A DNA stretch of 64,000 nucleotides from the NCBI GenBank assembly GCA_001179505.1, contig CDMY01000484.1:4078-68077 (forward strand), read 5' to 3'. Positions within the stretch are counted from its first letter, which is position 1, and every line of letters starts with the position of its first letter. Of the stretch, positions 26,909 through 38,393 are shown piece by piece. Below the pieces are notes generated by a model. It saw nothing but the letters and a program-made list of their open reading frames with translations, was not told where the DNA came from and searched no databases. Origin of the DNA: Vitrella brassicaformis CCMP3155 (taxonomy: Eukaryota > Protista > Chromerida). The translations under genes were made by a program, and so were the position numbers.

Positions 26909-27756
26909 TGAGTATGGATTGTTGAAGCAGCATATCTCTAAGTTTTAATAGTTGTTCGGAACTCGCCTCAGCCTGCTGAGGGAGGCACGCTCATACCTTC
27001 GATCCCGCGTCCGTCCACCGCAAAATTAAATCAAGCTCGCTACCCCCTCGTATGAAGATGCTCTCCTCGGGCGCCAACCTCGTAGGCGGGAGGGATGCGC
27101 CCTCCTCCGCAGAAGTCAGGCCCAAGCTCGAGCCCCCTTTCGCCTTTCACAGGATAAAAGGATGAGAGAGGGAATTAAGGAAGTAGAGAGACAGGGGAAG
27201 CAACGGAGAAACCCGACGGAACGTGTGCCTGTGGGGGCAGAGACGCTCCTCCTTCCACTCCGAGTGCTAAGCTGATATACAGCCAGGGGGCTGAGATGAT
27301 GTAGAAAGCGTCAAACGACTCCACTTGAAGTAAAAGCTCCGCACCTGACGTGGACAACCGGCGCAAGATTGGCGCGTGCCGCGGACAGCGCAGCGAGAGA
27401 CGACAGATAGTCGCCTTTCGGGCACCTGCGTGTCGCAAGACAACACAGCCCATGCCCATGGCCGTTCCAGCAGTAGTGGTATGGGGCTTCCAGTAGGCAC
27501 GTGATTCTGGTCACAACGACATGTCTCCAGCTTTATGCATGCGTGCCGGGCACTCCTGTCTTTCCCTTCCTCTCTGCACGTGTGCACGGATGAGTGTATT
27601 GGTGTCTTCTTTGACTGTTCGTCCGGCTGCTGGCGATCATCTAAGTACACAAGATACATCCATCCGTTTGTGCATCCATCGCCTGATTCTTTTTTCATCC
27701 CTTGCACTGTCAAATGATGTGTTGATGGTGTGTTGAGGTCTTGCGTGTGTATCTAC

Positions 27757-28090
27757 TGGAAAACTGGCACATTCATTGGAAAACTGGCACATTCATCGGA
27801 AAACTGACACATTGATTGGAAAACTGGCACTAGGCAGTGGAAAACTGGCACATTGATTAGAAGACTGGCATCAGGCAGTCGACAACTGGCATCAGGCATT
27901 GGAAAACTGGGTCAAGCAGCAGAAAACCAGTTTTCCGCGTCGGATCGCCAGTTTTCCACGTCAGAGGGCCAGTTTGCCACTCAGGGCGTCAGTTTTCCAC
28001 GTCAGATATCGATCACCAGTTTTCCGCGTCAGAGGGCCAGTTTTCCACTCAGGGCGTCAGTTTTCCACTGCAGAGCACCAGTTTTTCGGG
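27757..28090. repeat. Bipolar minisatellite: ~8 copies of a ~20-bp unit with core GGAAAACTGG, then ~8 copies with the inverted core CCAGTTTTCC
   Basis: Forward cores at ~27757, 27777, 27797, 27817, 27838, 27900 plus degenerate copies. Inverted cores at ~27928, 27948, 27969, 27989, 28016, 28037, 28057, 28078. Confidence 0.9.
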
Positions 28091-28507
28091 CCCCTGGCTC
28101 AGTTTTGTTGCAGGGGGCCTGAAATGAGGCCGTAGAATCTATCGGATCTGCTGTGCATGGATGATGCTTCGCTGGAAAAGGGAGGGAGGCCTCCTAATTT
28201 CTTGCCAGCATCGTGTTTCTGGCCGAGGAAAATGACTGGCCGGCCAGCTTGATACTCCCCACGTGGTATGGCATATCCCACGGGGGATGGCATATCCCGC
28301 GGGATACTTGTATCCCACGGGATACAAGGTCGTCATTTCTGCTCATTCCGCTTCATCTGGTCGGAACAAAATCATCGCTCTCGATTCCCTTCTTGTCTTC
28401 AACAAACATTCCATCGTTGTTTGTCTTCATCGATTTTGCTCCTCGAGGCTCACCCCGGGCTGTCTTTGGCGCATCCCCTCATCAAATCTCCCCCCCCCCC
28501 CCCCCCC

Positions 28508-28807
28508 NNNNNNNNNNNNNNNNNNNNNNNNNNNNNNNNNNNNNNNNNNNNNNNNNNNNNNNNNNNNNNNNNNNNNNNNNNNNNNNNNNNNNNNNNNNNN
28601 NNNNNNNNNNNNNNNNNNNNNNNNNNNNNNNNNNNNNNNNNNNNNNNNNNNNNNNNNNNNNNNNNNNNNNNNNNNNNNNNNNNNNNNNNNNNNNNNNNNN
28701 NNNNNNNNNNNNNNNNNNNNNNNNNNNNNNNNNNNNNNNNNNNNNNNNNNNNNNNNNNNNNNNNNNNNNNNNNNNNNNNNNNNNNNNNNNNNNNNNNNNN
28801 NNNNNNN
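28508..28807. other. Assembly gap (300 N) flanked by poly-C on both sides
   Basis: Run of N with C homopolymers either side. Confidence 1.
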
Positions 28808-30399
28808 CCCCCCCCCCCCCCCGGCGAGGTCTCTTGGCCGTGAGGTCATCAACACATCGCTCGGCGGGCTTGTTGGTCGACGGTTCTATCACACCAGCCC
28901 CTTGTGTCTCGTGCCTCCTCTGCTGATTGGCGCCTCCACGCGTAGTGAACAAAGACGGGGAAGAACGGGTAAAGGGATACAACTGACATTTCCTCGCTTT
29001 GAGACGTGTACATTTGCGTGTTTTTGGATTCGTGCGTGTGTGGCAGTGTGCCATCGACCCCTACCTCCGTTGACTAGGTGCCTGCGGTGTACGTGACACC
29101 AGGTCGGCTTGATTCGTGTGCTTGTCGTCACTCAATTTTGATTGTCTCTCATCGACAGGTCAATCAGCATCGAGTAAGCGCTATTTCATGGCGTCCTCTA
29201 ACCCCCAAGCAACCGGGCCGACATCAGTTTTCCGCATGGGGCCCCGGTTTTCCGCACAGAACACGGTTTCCCACCCCCCTGGGTCAGTTTTCTGGCTATG
29301 CAGCGCTTGTAGTGCTGATGTGTGAGACCTCTAAAGAGGAGCAGAGCGATCACAGGAGCGCACGCTGAAGTCTGTTTTCATCTGAGAAAAAGTCCGTTTC
29401 AGGTGATAACGAATTTTGGGCGTCAGGAGCGGCTGCAAGGAGCTCAGGTATGACATTGACTGGCTGCGCCTGTGTCAGTGCTGAATGCGCCTGAGGTAAT
29501 CGGAGGCCATCAGAGCGGGAGGCGGACCTCACGGATCCGGGATGTGCTCGCCAGAGTCGCGGTTGATTACGGGTTCCTCAGGGTAAATGGCATGTACGGC
29601 CTGATGGGACGCCGCCTGTGGCTTCGTAACAGCGAGTTATACGCCCGTGAGGAGCCGAGTCGCCTCGCTGAGGGCGATCTGCTGAACGGGCTGCAAGAGA
29701 ACACTCCGTTGAGGATGTTCTTGTGAGCTTCCGTATGCGATGAAGCAGAGCGACACAAAAGGAGACATGGTGCACGTGCGGCCATGCTCGCTTCGTGTGT
29801 CTTGGACGGCCGAACGAAAGCAATGAGAGAGTGTGTCATTGACTTGTCGTTTCGTGCCTGGTCGACGGCGTGTTACGCGATAGAGAGAAGGCAGTGATTT
29901 TTCCTTCTTGACGGATGGAATGTCTCTGTATGTTACGTATGGCTTCATGGCATCCCACCAGCACTTCGCGTCTCTCTTGTCAGCTGAGACTCAGACCTCC
30001 CTTGTGAAGGTGTGGTGAATGGTTGCGTATATGATGCGATGCGATTGGTCATCCTCATATTCAGTAATGAGCTGGGCTGGAAGTAGACATGCGTCGAATG
30101 CAATGTCTCTTATCGTGTGTCGGTCGGATTGGTTTGTATTTGACGATCGATCAATCCCTCTCGCCCACACGACCCCTTACATACGCTCGCGAACCATTCG
30201 TGTGACGATGGGTCCTCGTTTGTTGATTGTCTTCTTTGTACGTCGCTCACACATCACGATCCAACCCCATGACACCACCTCTGTTGTACGCCCGTATGCC
30301 GGAATGCCTGATCTGCATACCTCATTGCCTCCTTGCGTGTGGCTGCCTGCCGTCTTTTTCTTACCAGCTGCTAGTGGCTGCCAGGTGTGACTGTTCGGC

Positions 30400-30582
30400 C
30401 TTTCTTTGCTTTGCCTTGCTTTGCTTTGCTTTGCTTTGCTTGTCTCCTCTCCCTCGTCACCTTTGGCTTTTGGCTTTGCTTTGCTTTGCTTGTCTCCTCT
30501 CCCTCCGTGTCCTTCACCTTTCGCTTTGCTTTGCTTTGCTTGTCTCCTCTCCCTCGTCTTTCGCTTTGCTTTGCTTTGCTTG
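30400..30582. repeat. (CTTTG)n-based compound repeat, ~4 higher-order units ending in CTTGTCTCCTCTCCCTC
   Basis: Directly visible; related CTTTG runs recur at 33440-33570. Confidence 0.9.
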
Positions 30583-32374
30583 TCTGGGGCCCCGTGGGGC
30601 CAGATAAATTCGAAACCCCGGCGGTAGGTGGGCGGGGGATGCACACGACAGCTCTAGTCCTTTTTCTTCCCCACTTTAGTACATTTCTCTTTCCTTGTTC
30701 GTGGAAGAATGACAGTACATACATGCGTTACTGGCTACCTGCATGCATAAGTTTGAGTTGCGTTGCACTGTTGCGGCGATGGAGAGCTGGGACATAGACG
30801 TGGCACCGAAAGTCGGTCGTGAGACGTCATGGTTCGACGGTGTGTCAGAAAACAGGGCTCTTTTGTCAATGTACAGACAATGCATTGCCGTCCATTGCCC
30901 TTCTTGTTCCGATTGGTACTGGTTTGCGCCGGCAAGCGCTGAATACGAAGTGACTGACTGAGGAGCCGTCTGAGACTTGTACGCGATGATTGGGATTTGT
31001 AAGTGAAGCGAGAGAGATGCTCTGCTTACTCGGTATGCCGACCGACCGAGACAAATCCACCCTGTCCTATCTAGTCAGTTGATTGATTGGTTGAATGATT
31101 GATTTACTGGTTGATTAATTGATTGGTTCGTGTACGTACAAGCTCCGACTGTCTGTCTCTGTGAATGCATGTGGTGCATCTGCCGACACTGTCTGGCTAT
31201 TTGTCTGTATGAATTATGTATGCATGTCTCTATGTGTTGTGTGTAATCTTATGTCTGTCTTATGTGCGCGTGCGTGTATGTGTGTAAGCGTGAAGGCAAA
31301 TGGACTGTGTGGATAATACAAACGAGTGTTATCTAGTTTGATGTGTGAAGGACATCGGTTTGCGACAGAAGAACATGGCAAGGAAGCTGTGATTCAACGT
31401 GTTGCAACCCAAAAGTTTTAAATCGTCCTTTTTTGCGGCTTTTAAAATGCGTTACTTGTTTATCGGATTTCTTCAAAGTCTCTCCTCAGTTTTTCATTTG
31501 TTTGCGTTGTTTTTAAATATTTTTCGGCGGTTTGCCGGTTTCAAAATATTTTTTGGCACATTTGGGACGTTTTAAAAATGTGCGATCAGGGGAGGAGGCT
31601 TCCACGGGGTGTCATCACTTCTTCACGGATGATCAGACAAGAGATCGTGCTCGCAACGGATGAAATGACATAAACGGAGCAGAGAATGTAAAAAAAGGGT
31701 ATATGGATGCTGTAATTAGAGCTCGGATAAGTTTGATGCACGGAAAGGAGACATCTCGCTCCTCTTAAATTCGGGAACGGATTTCGAAGCTGGGGCAGTG
31801 CCAGGCCTGGGAAGGGCCCTCCATCTTGGATCATCACAGTGTCGGCTTTCCGTCAAACCTCTACTTTCTCTCCTTGTTGGGTCTTTGTTTAGCACGTAGG
31901 CCTTTACACGAGTGAGCAGGGCATCTTTTTCCCTCTCTGGCGAACCCCAATCATCGCAACAAGCCGTGTCTCAGAGTGTTTCAGACGACTCTTTAGTACT
32001 CTTTAGTTAGTCACACCATGTGGTCTACTGACACAACTGAAATCGTGGTTATTGTATAGAAGAGACTTGGCACTTGACAACGACACACAAAGGAAAGCTC
32101 TCAGGCACAGAACACTGTGCAACTTTCGGCTTTTACACGGGCCTGGCCGGGGGTAGCGCTCAACGGAGGGCAAGATGAAGCACATGCGTGGCTGCAAAAG
32201 AACAGAGCGGGGTGCGAAATCGTGCCTGACGGGATCCACACGTTTGACAACCCACGATGCACACCGTTTGGTGGTTGGGGTTAGTTGGGATGTGTAAACC
32301 TTTATTGGTTGGGAGGCGAAGAGAGCGACGGCCACATGCGTGTGGATCGAGCTGGGAGAGGTGTATCCAGATTA

Positions 32375-33310
32375 TAGCTTGACGGCTGCGTAAACTCGGA
32401 GAGGAGAGCGAGCCCGCTCGCGTGTGAATACAGCATAGCGAGATGTATCATGCATTGACACAATCGTGCTGGTTCTCCTTCTCAAGACGGTCCAGGGCGA
32501 TGGCCTCTGGCGTGCAGACACAACATGACAAGATGTATCAGACATACATGCTTTCGCATCGAATGCATCACAATCCCGAGAGAAATCAGCAGAACACCCC
32601 GAATTCCGTGTAACCAACATCACTTTTCGGTGGTTTTCGGCACTTTTTGTTGCGCCAAGGAGTGGGCGCAATTGCAATTGGAAGCAAACTCGTTTCTCGC
32701 AGTGTCCGTGCGCATATATTTGATCAACCAGATCTTAAAGCGTGTGCATGGAGATTGCGTTGCAACTAGTCAGCGATTGTTAGCGATGCGCAAGTTTTCA
32801 GCGGCTATGGTCTCGTTTGCGGGGCCGAAGAGCGACGGCCGCTTGCGTACGAACAGAACGTAGAGCAGTGTGCCGTGGACGATAGATTGTGTTTGGCTTG
32901 GGTTGATGGCTGTGTAAACTTTCAGTGACCGGTTCTTCTTTTTGACGGAACGAAAAGCCATTAGCGCTTGCGTGTGAACACAGCGTAGCGGAATGTACCA
33001 TGCATTGACACAGTCGTGGTGATTTGGGTTGACGGCAGCATGAACTTTCGGTGAGTGGTTCTCGTTTTTCACAGAACACAGAGCGATGACCGCATGCGTG
33101 AGGACAGAGCTGATGGAGCAGCACTCACACACAGGGTTGCGCGTCGAACGCAGCAGAAACCGGAGAGAAAACATCAAAAAGCCTATTTTCCGGGTTTTTT
33201 GCGGCCGTTTTTCGCGCGAACGCGTGCACGGATTTGAAGCTCGAAGCAAACTCTTCCTCGCAGTGACCCCCTCCACAAGCATCACAAAGCAGATCTTGAA
33301 AAGACCCCCT
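32375..33310. repeat. Diverged tandem duplication, period ~550-560 bp
   Basis: ATGCATTGACACA at 32450 and 33000; GAAGCAAACTC..CTCGCAGTG at 32681 and 33243; CAGATCTT.AA recurs in the same order. Confidence 0.65.
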
Positions 33311-33758
33311 AGAAAAAAAGTTGGGTCAAAATTGGGTTATCGCCTGTGAAATTGGGGTCGTATAACCACCCTCCAGCTCAGCTTTCAGCCTAGAGCAACA
33401 TCCGTGAAACTGATCTGAGCTGTCGTGTGCATTTGTTACCAAGCTTTGCTTGGCTTTGGCGAGCTTTGCTTGGCTTTGTCATGGGACCCTTTCGGCTGGC
33501 CCCCAACTTTTCGCTCAGTGTTTTCAGCACAGAGAGGGCTTTGCTCTGCTTCGCTTTGCTCTGCTTCGCTCATTGACCCTCCAGAGGAAAGGTTCGTCCG
33601 TTGGTTGGCTTTGCTCAGGCCGGTTTGCTGGGTTTGCTTTGGGGACTCCGTGGCGTACCAATCGGCCAAAGGAGCCGGCGTGTTTGAATGAATTGGATGA
33701 ATGGAAGTCCGTTTCCCGGGATCAAACATGTACACATGCATACACATGCAAAGAGATA

Positions 33759-36327
33759 GTGAGGGGTCTTCCTCTCGCTTTGGTCATCTTGTTCGCATGG
33801 AGGCTTACGGAGCAGGTTGCTGCAATAAGTGAGCTGGAGGTGTCTCGACGCAACACCGAGCAGCTGATACCGGCTCTGAAGGCGATGGGGATAGACCCAG
33901 CAAAAGAACAAAACCTCAGAAGGGACAACAAAAAGGGCCACAAAGACCCACGTCTGTCACCCAATTTGGCAGCTCTGTGGAGCGCTACCCCCTTTGTCTA
34001 TGCACATCCCCTGCCCAACGCTGTCCTCGTCTCGCCCCATACGACCATTGGGTTCAGGTCGCAGGATGGCATGAAGGAGGATACCATTTATGACAAGATT
34101 GAAGTGAACGGGGAGGTGTCGGGAGACCACTCGACCGGAGAGACGCTTCTGCTTGATGATGGACGCACTGTGCTCTTCAAGCCGGTGGACACATTCACTC
34201 CTGGAGAAAGGGTGCTTGTGAGCGTTAAGGCTGGTATGGAGACGACGGAGGGAAGCACCCTGCCTTCCGCTGCATGGAATTTCACAATGTCTTGGAGGAA
34301 GCTGGACACTTACAGCGCATACAAGGCAGCGCAGCCCCAAGTGGACGAAGAACATACGGACTCCCTCACTCTCGGGTTGCTTAAGAAGATCCAGGACATT
34401 TATTGGCTGGATGGCATTTCGAAGAATGAGACATGGGACGAGGAAACACGGACTGATGGCTCATGCAATGACGCGTCCAATTGTGATGATGTCGATACGT
34501 TTGCTGCCCCTAACCCTGCTTATTGCACTCTTTCAGAAGGGTACCCTCGAATGCGTGTGACTCAGATGGGCGACATATCCACGCTTGCACCTGGGTACGT
34601 GTTCATATCGAGTGGTACGGACACCGATAATTCGAGAGGTATGGAGATTATAATGACGTCAGAGGGCGATCCCGTCTTCCACGCAGAGAAGGGGTCCGCA
34701 CTCTTCTCACCAACGCCTGAGGGGCAGCAGCTTTTCACAAGGGAAGGCCCGCGTATCCGTCTTGTGGGACCTGATTACAGGGAGACAGCTTCATTCTCAG
34801 CGCAGCACGGACAGGTCATCAATGGGCACGAGTTTCAAGTGGCGAAGAATGGCAACGGCTTACTCTTCGCGTGAGTAGTGTCTTAACTTGGGATGATGAT
34901 GTTTTCGTAGTGTTTTATTGGCTCTCAGATATGACGTGCAGCCGCTGGACACGACGAAGATTCGTTCGAACTTAGAGAACGGCGGCAAGAAAGTATGGGC
35001 CATAGGTGTCGTCATACAGGAGGTCACATCACAAGGTAAACAGAGAAGCATGTAGTTGTATGCGTTAAGTCTCGTCGTATGCTTCTGATTCGCATGAGAT
35101 ACTTCTTATGGACGCGAGAGTAGTGTATATAAGAAATTTAAATAAGTTTTCTCGGTATATATGCTCCTTTGTCTCCATAGGTCACGTCTTGTTTGAGTGG
35201 CGAAGTTGGGATCACACACCGAGGATCTTCTGGGAGACCCCGTACATTGTCATAAGACACTCGGGAGGCAGACTCTGGGATCTAGGACGTAGGCCTGGGA
35301 ACATGTATGTGGTTGTGCCTGCGTTTGTGAATGCCTGTGGCTGTAATTGTGTGTATCCCTCAGACGCTAATTCTTTGGAGGAGACAGATGACAATGGTGT
35401 CATACTCTCTCTGCGAGCGCTCTCACAGGCAATTAAGATCAACCGGTACGTCAGTGTGCACCACACGTACACCGATCGGATCCATCATGCGCTTTCGATT
35501 ATACAGCGACACCGGAAAAATTGAGTGGCGTCTTGGCGGCGAAAGTGGGGACTTTGAAATTGTGGACGATCCCCACGGCAGATTCATAGGCCAACACGAC
35601 ATAAGGGCTCCCGGTGGCAATCGGATCACTGTGTTTGACAATGCTCGTCTGAGACCTATTTTAGTCCCCGTCAACTACCCCTCTTACAACAGCTCCCGTG
35701 CTGTTGACTACCAGCTTGAATTTGACCGTCAGGGGCGTCCAACCGTGGCAACGTTAGTGAACGAGTATGAAACAGGCGTAAAGTCAATTGCATGGGGCAG
35801 CTACCGGCTTTTGCCGAATGGCAATCGAGTCATCGGCACAGGTTTGGCGCTTGAGCAAAATCCCACATACATCGAGGTAACAAAGAATGTGAAAAGGCGA
35901 GACGACAACATCGTATTAGACGCTTCCTTTGGCAATTCTCGCTCAGATCAACGGGAAGAGCGACGCTCTGCTGACAATTCACTCATCACACTGTGTATAT
36001 CGCGCCATAAAGGCAGACTGGCGCGGGCTTCCCTCTTGGAAGCCCACAGCTCTCCTGGACAACAACAATCCAGACAAGATCGTTCGCTTGCACTTCAGCT
36101 GGAACGGGGCTACTGAAGTAAGCAAGTGGCGGATACTGATCGGAGACACAGACAAGCCAACAGAGGTGCTGGAAGAGGTGCCAAGGACACAGTTTGAACA
36201 CTGGGTTGAGGTCCCTGATTCAGCAATTGAGAAGTGTACGTACCTTCAAGCTGTGGCAATTGACGCAAAGGGGAGAAAGCTGAATCGGTCAGCGGTCGTT
36301 GCATCACCGGCCTGCACAAGTGAATAA
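33759..36327 (+). CDS. Secreted arylsulfotransferase (ASST, Arylsulfotran_2-like) with N-terminal Big_5/SbsA Ig-like domain, copy 1; multi-exon
   Basis: Ig-like PLPNAVLVSPHTTIGF...RTVLFKPVDTFTPGERVLV. ASST motifs NGHEFQV, VIQEV, VLFEWRS.DH, WDLG|HANSLE (spliced), IEWRLGG, QHDIR, ITVFDN, WGSYRLLPNGNRVIG, VYRAIKADWRGLP, SWNGATEV. The signal peptide begins at an in-frame GTG (33759); no nearby in-frame ATG was seen. Confidence 0.85.
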
Positions 36328-37029
36328 TATTTTGGGTGTGTGGATGCGACGTGTACATGCGTCACTGGGATGGTCACGTTGCTTGCGCAGTTGAAGCAGA
36401 CCATGCCTGGTTCATGTTGTGCAAGGAGAAGCAGCACGCTGCAAAGGCTTGGCCCGGGGTCATATGGCTCCGCCACTTCTTGAAATCGCAGACGTGCATT
36501 TTCCGAACAGAAAAGTCAACGTCAACGCTTAATTTGACTTTGAAATTGAACGTTTGTGCTGCGTTGTGCCATTGACTATGCTGCGTGCGATCAAGCCAGA
36601 AGGTGAGATTAGCTAGCAGACCTTTCGTGGGCAGTGACTCTGTCGCTGGGTAGGTAGCCTGCCCACCTGGGACATAGCACTGCGTGCGACTCACCATGGT
36701 TTAAGTAGCGATGCCTACACGTAACATACATCCACACGTAACATGCATCCACCCATATATGTCACGCTGCATGTGCATGCTCATGTCGTGCTGTTTCGGG
36801 CTAATCAGGACGAGGAGCCTTTTTCGGGTGGTCGCTCTCTAGGTCACGACGGGTTAGGTCACGACACCCAGTCGTGACCTTGATAAGCCACCAACCGGTG
36901 AGAACCTCCTCTCTTGGAACTCATGCACACAACATGAGGTATGTGATAACACTGACATGGTATCTGTGTCGTCGTTCTCGCCCTGTGAGGCGTCGCTTAG
37001 TTGTGATGATAAGGGCAGCTTTATTGCCC

Positions 37030-37620
37030 CCAACTCTGCTTACGGTACCCTCGGATGCGTGTCACTCGAATGGGCGACATGTCCGAATTAGCAACTGGGT
37101 ACGTTTTCATGCTGACTTCATCATGACGTCCGAGGGCGATCCCGTCTTCCACGTGGACCATCGGTTTAGACTCTTCTCACCAACGCATCAGCGGCAGCTC
37201 GTCTTCAACGAGAATGGCCGACTTATCCGTGTTGTTGGGCCTGATTACAAGGAGACAGCCATTCTCTGCGCAGCACGGACAACTCATCAATAGTAACGAG
37301 TTTCATCTGGCGAAGAATGGCAACAGCTTATTCTTCGGGTGAGTCAGTCCTGACTTGGGATATACTATGATGTGTTCGGCACATCAACAAACGCCCTCAG
37401 ATACGACCTGCAGCCACTGGACACCACGAAAATAAAATATAAATTAAATAAATTCGTTCGAGCCTGGAGAATGGTGGAAAGGAGGTGTACACCGTGGGTG
37501 TCGTCATACAGGAAATCACACTGGAAGGTACTGTCAGGGTCGGATAAATGGGACGCTGCTTATATGGGAAAATCGTTATATGGGAAATGTCCCATTTAAC
37601 CGTTGTGACCGTTGACGCAT
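37030..37620 (+). pseudogene. Partial, frameshifted duplicate of the arylsulfotransferase gene
   Basis: Near-collinear with 34530-35060 (GGTACCCTCG.ATGCGTGT, ATGACGTC.GAGGGCGATCCCGTCTTCCACG, ACGAGTTTCA..TGGCGAAGAATGGCAAC, same GTGAGT donor). It has indels and lacks the 5' and 3' exons. Confidence 0.8.
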
Positions 37621-38006
37621 TTTCTAAGCCAGTGACATTCATTCATCGTGAGCCATCGCAATCACCTGCATGATGTCCAGCGTGCCTCACTGATCACTGT
37701 GAACCGAATTTCACCGTCGAGCACCCACAAACAATCGAGATCGGGGCCGCCAAAGCGGGCCCAGCGAGCACGACAGAAGCAGCGAGGGAAACAAGCAACG
37801 GAGCAGCATGAGTGGCTCTCCTCCGAGCACTGGGAAGCATTTGCAGTGAAGCAACGAGTCGACAACCATTGTCAGACGAGCAGCAGGCCGCCTGCGGCCC
37901 TCCTCAACGCGGAGTGAGGAGTGCTTCTCTCGAGAGCCTCTCCGCCTCTCTGGAGAACCATAGACGTCATCATCGCATCGTCTGTTCCCCCTTTGAATAG
38001 CCATGA

Positions 38007-38093
38007 GTGTTGTATATACATGGAAACGTACCTTGACCCAAGGGTTCTTTCAGTCCCCTGGGGTCAAGGTACGTTTCTATGTATCTACAACAC
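38007..38093. repeat. 87-bp near-perfect inverted repeat (33-bp arms, 2 mismatches)
   Basis: GTGTTGTATATACATGGAAACGTACCTTGACCC (38007-38039) pairs with GGGTCAAGGTACGTTTCTATGTATCTACAACAC (38061-38093). Confidence 0.9.
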
Positions 38094-38393
38094 AAACGCA
38101 CACTTTGCAGACACGCAGAAGGCGCATCTAGACACAGCCAAGCACGAGACATGCACCACAATGCGAGACATCGGCTTGTGCGGAAAACAAAACCAACAAC
38201 ATGTTGCAGGGTGAACTAATTCAGTGCATGAACTCCTCAAATCTCCTCTCTGTTGGATAACGCTTCGCTAGAAAAGGGAGGGAAGGCCCTCCAGCGAGTA
38301 ACACCCTACCCCCCCAGGGTTTAGAGGTTTACGAACCTGTTACATGCGCCCCTCTTGTGACCCTAACCGACTTATCGGTAATTCTTGTCTACA

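Noticed and set aside
27757-28090. CRISPR array
   Set aside because: Units are ~20 bp with repeated rather than unique spacers, there are no cas genes, and the context is eukaryotic.
29350-29950. Exon-like stretches on both strands
   Set aside because: No recognisable domain, and the coding strand is ambiguous.
31380-31850. Locally AT-rich tract and ORF 31586-31837 as a transposon end or transposase remnant
   Set aside because: No TIR, TSD or catalytic motif could be identified.
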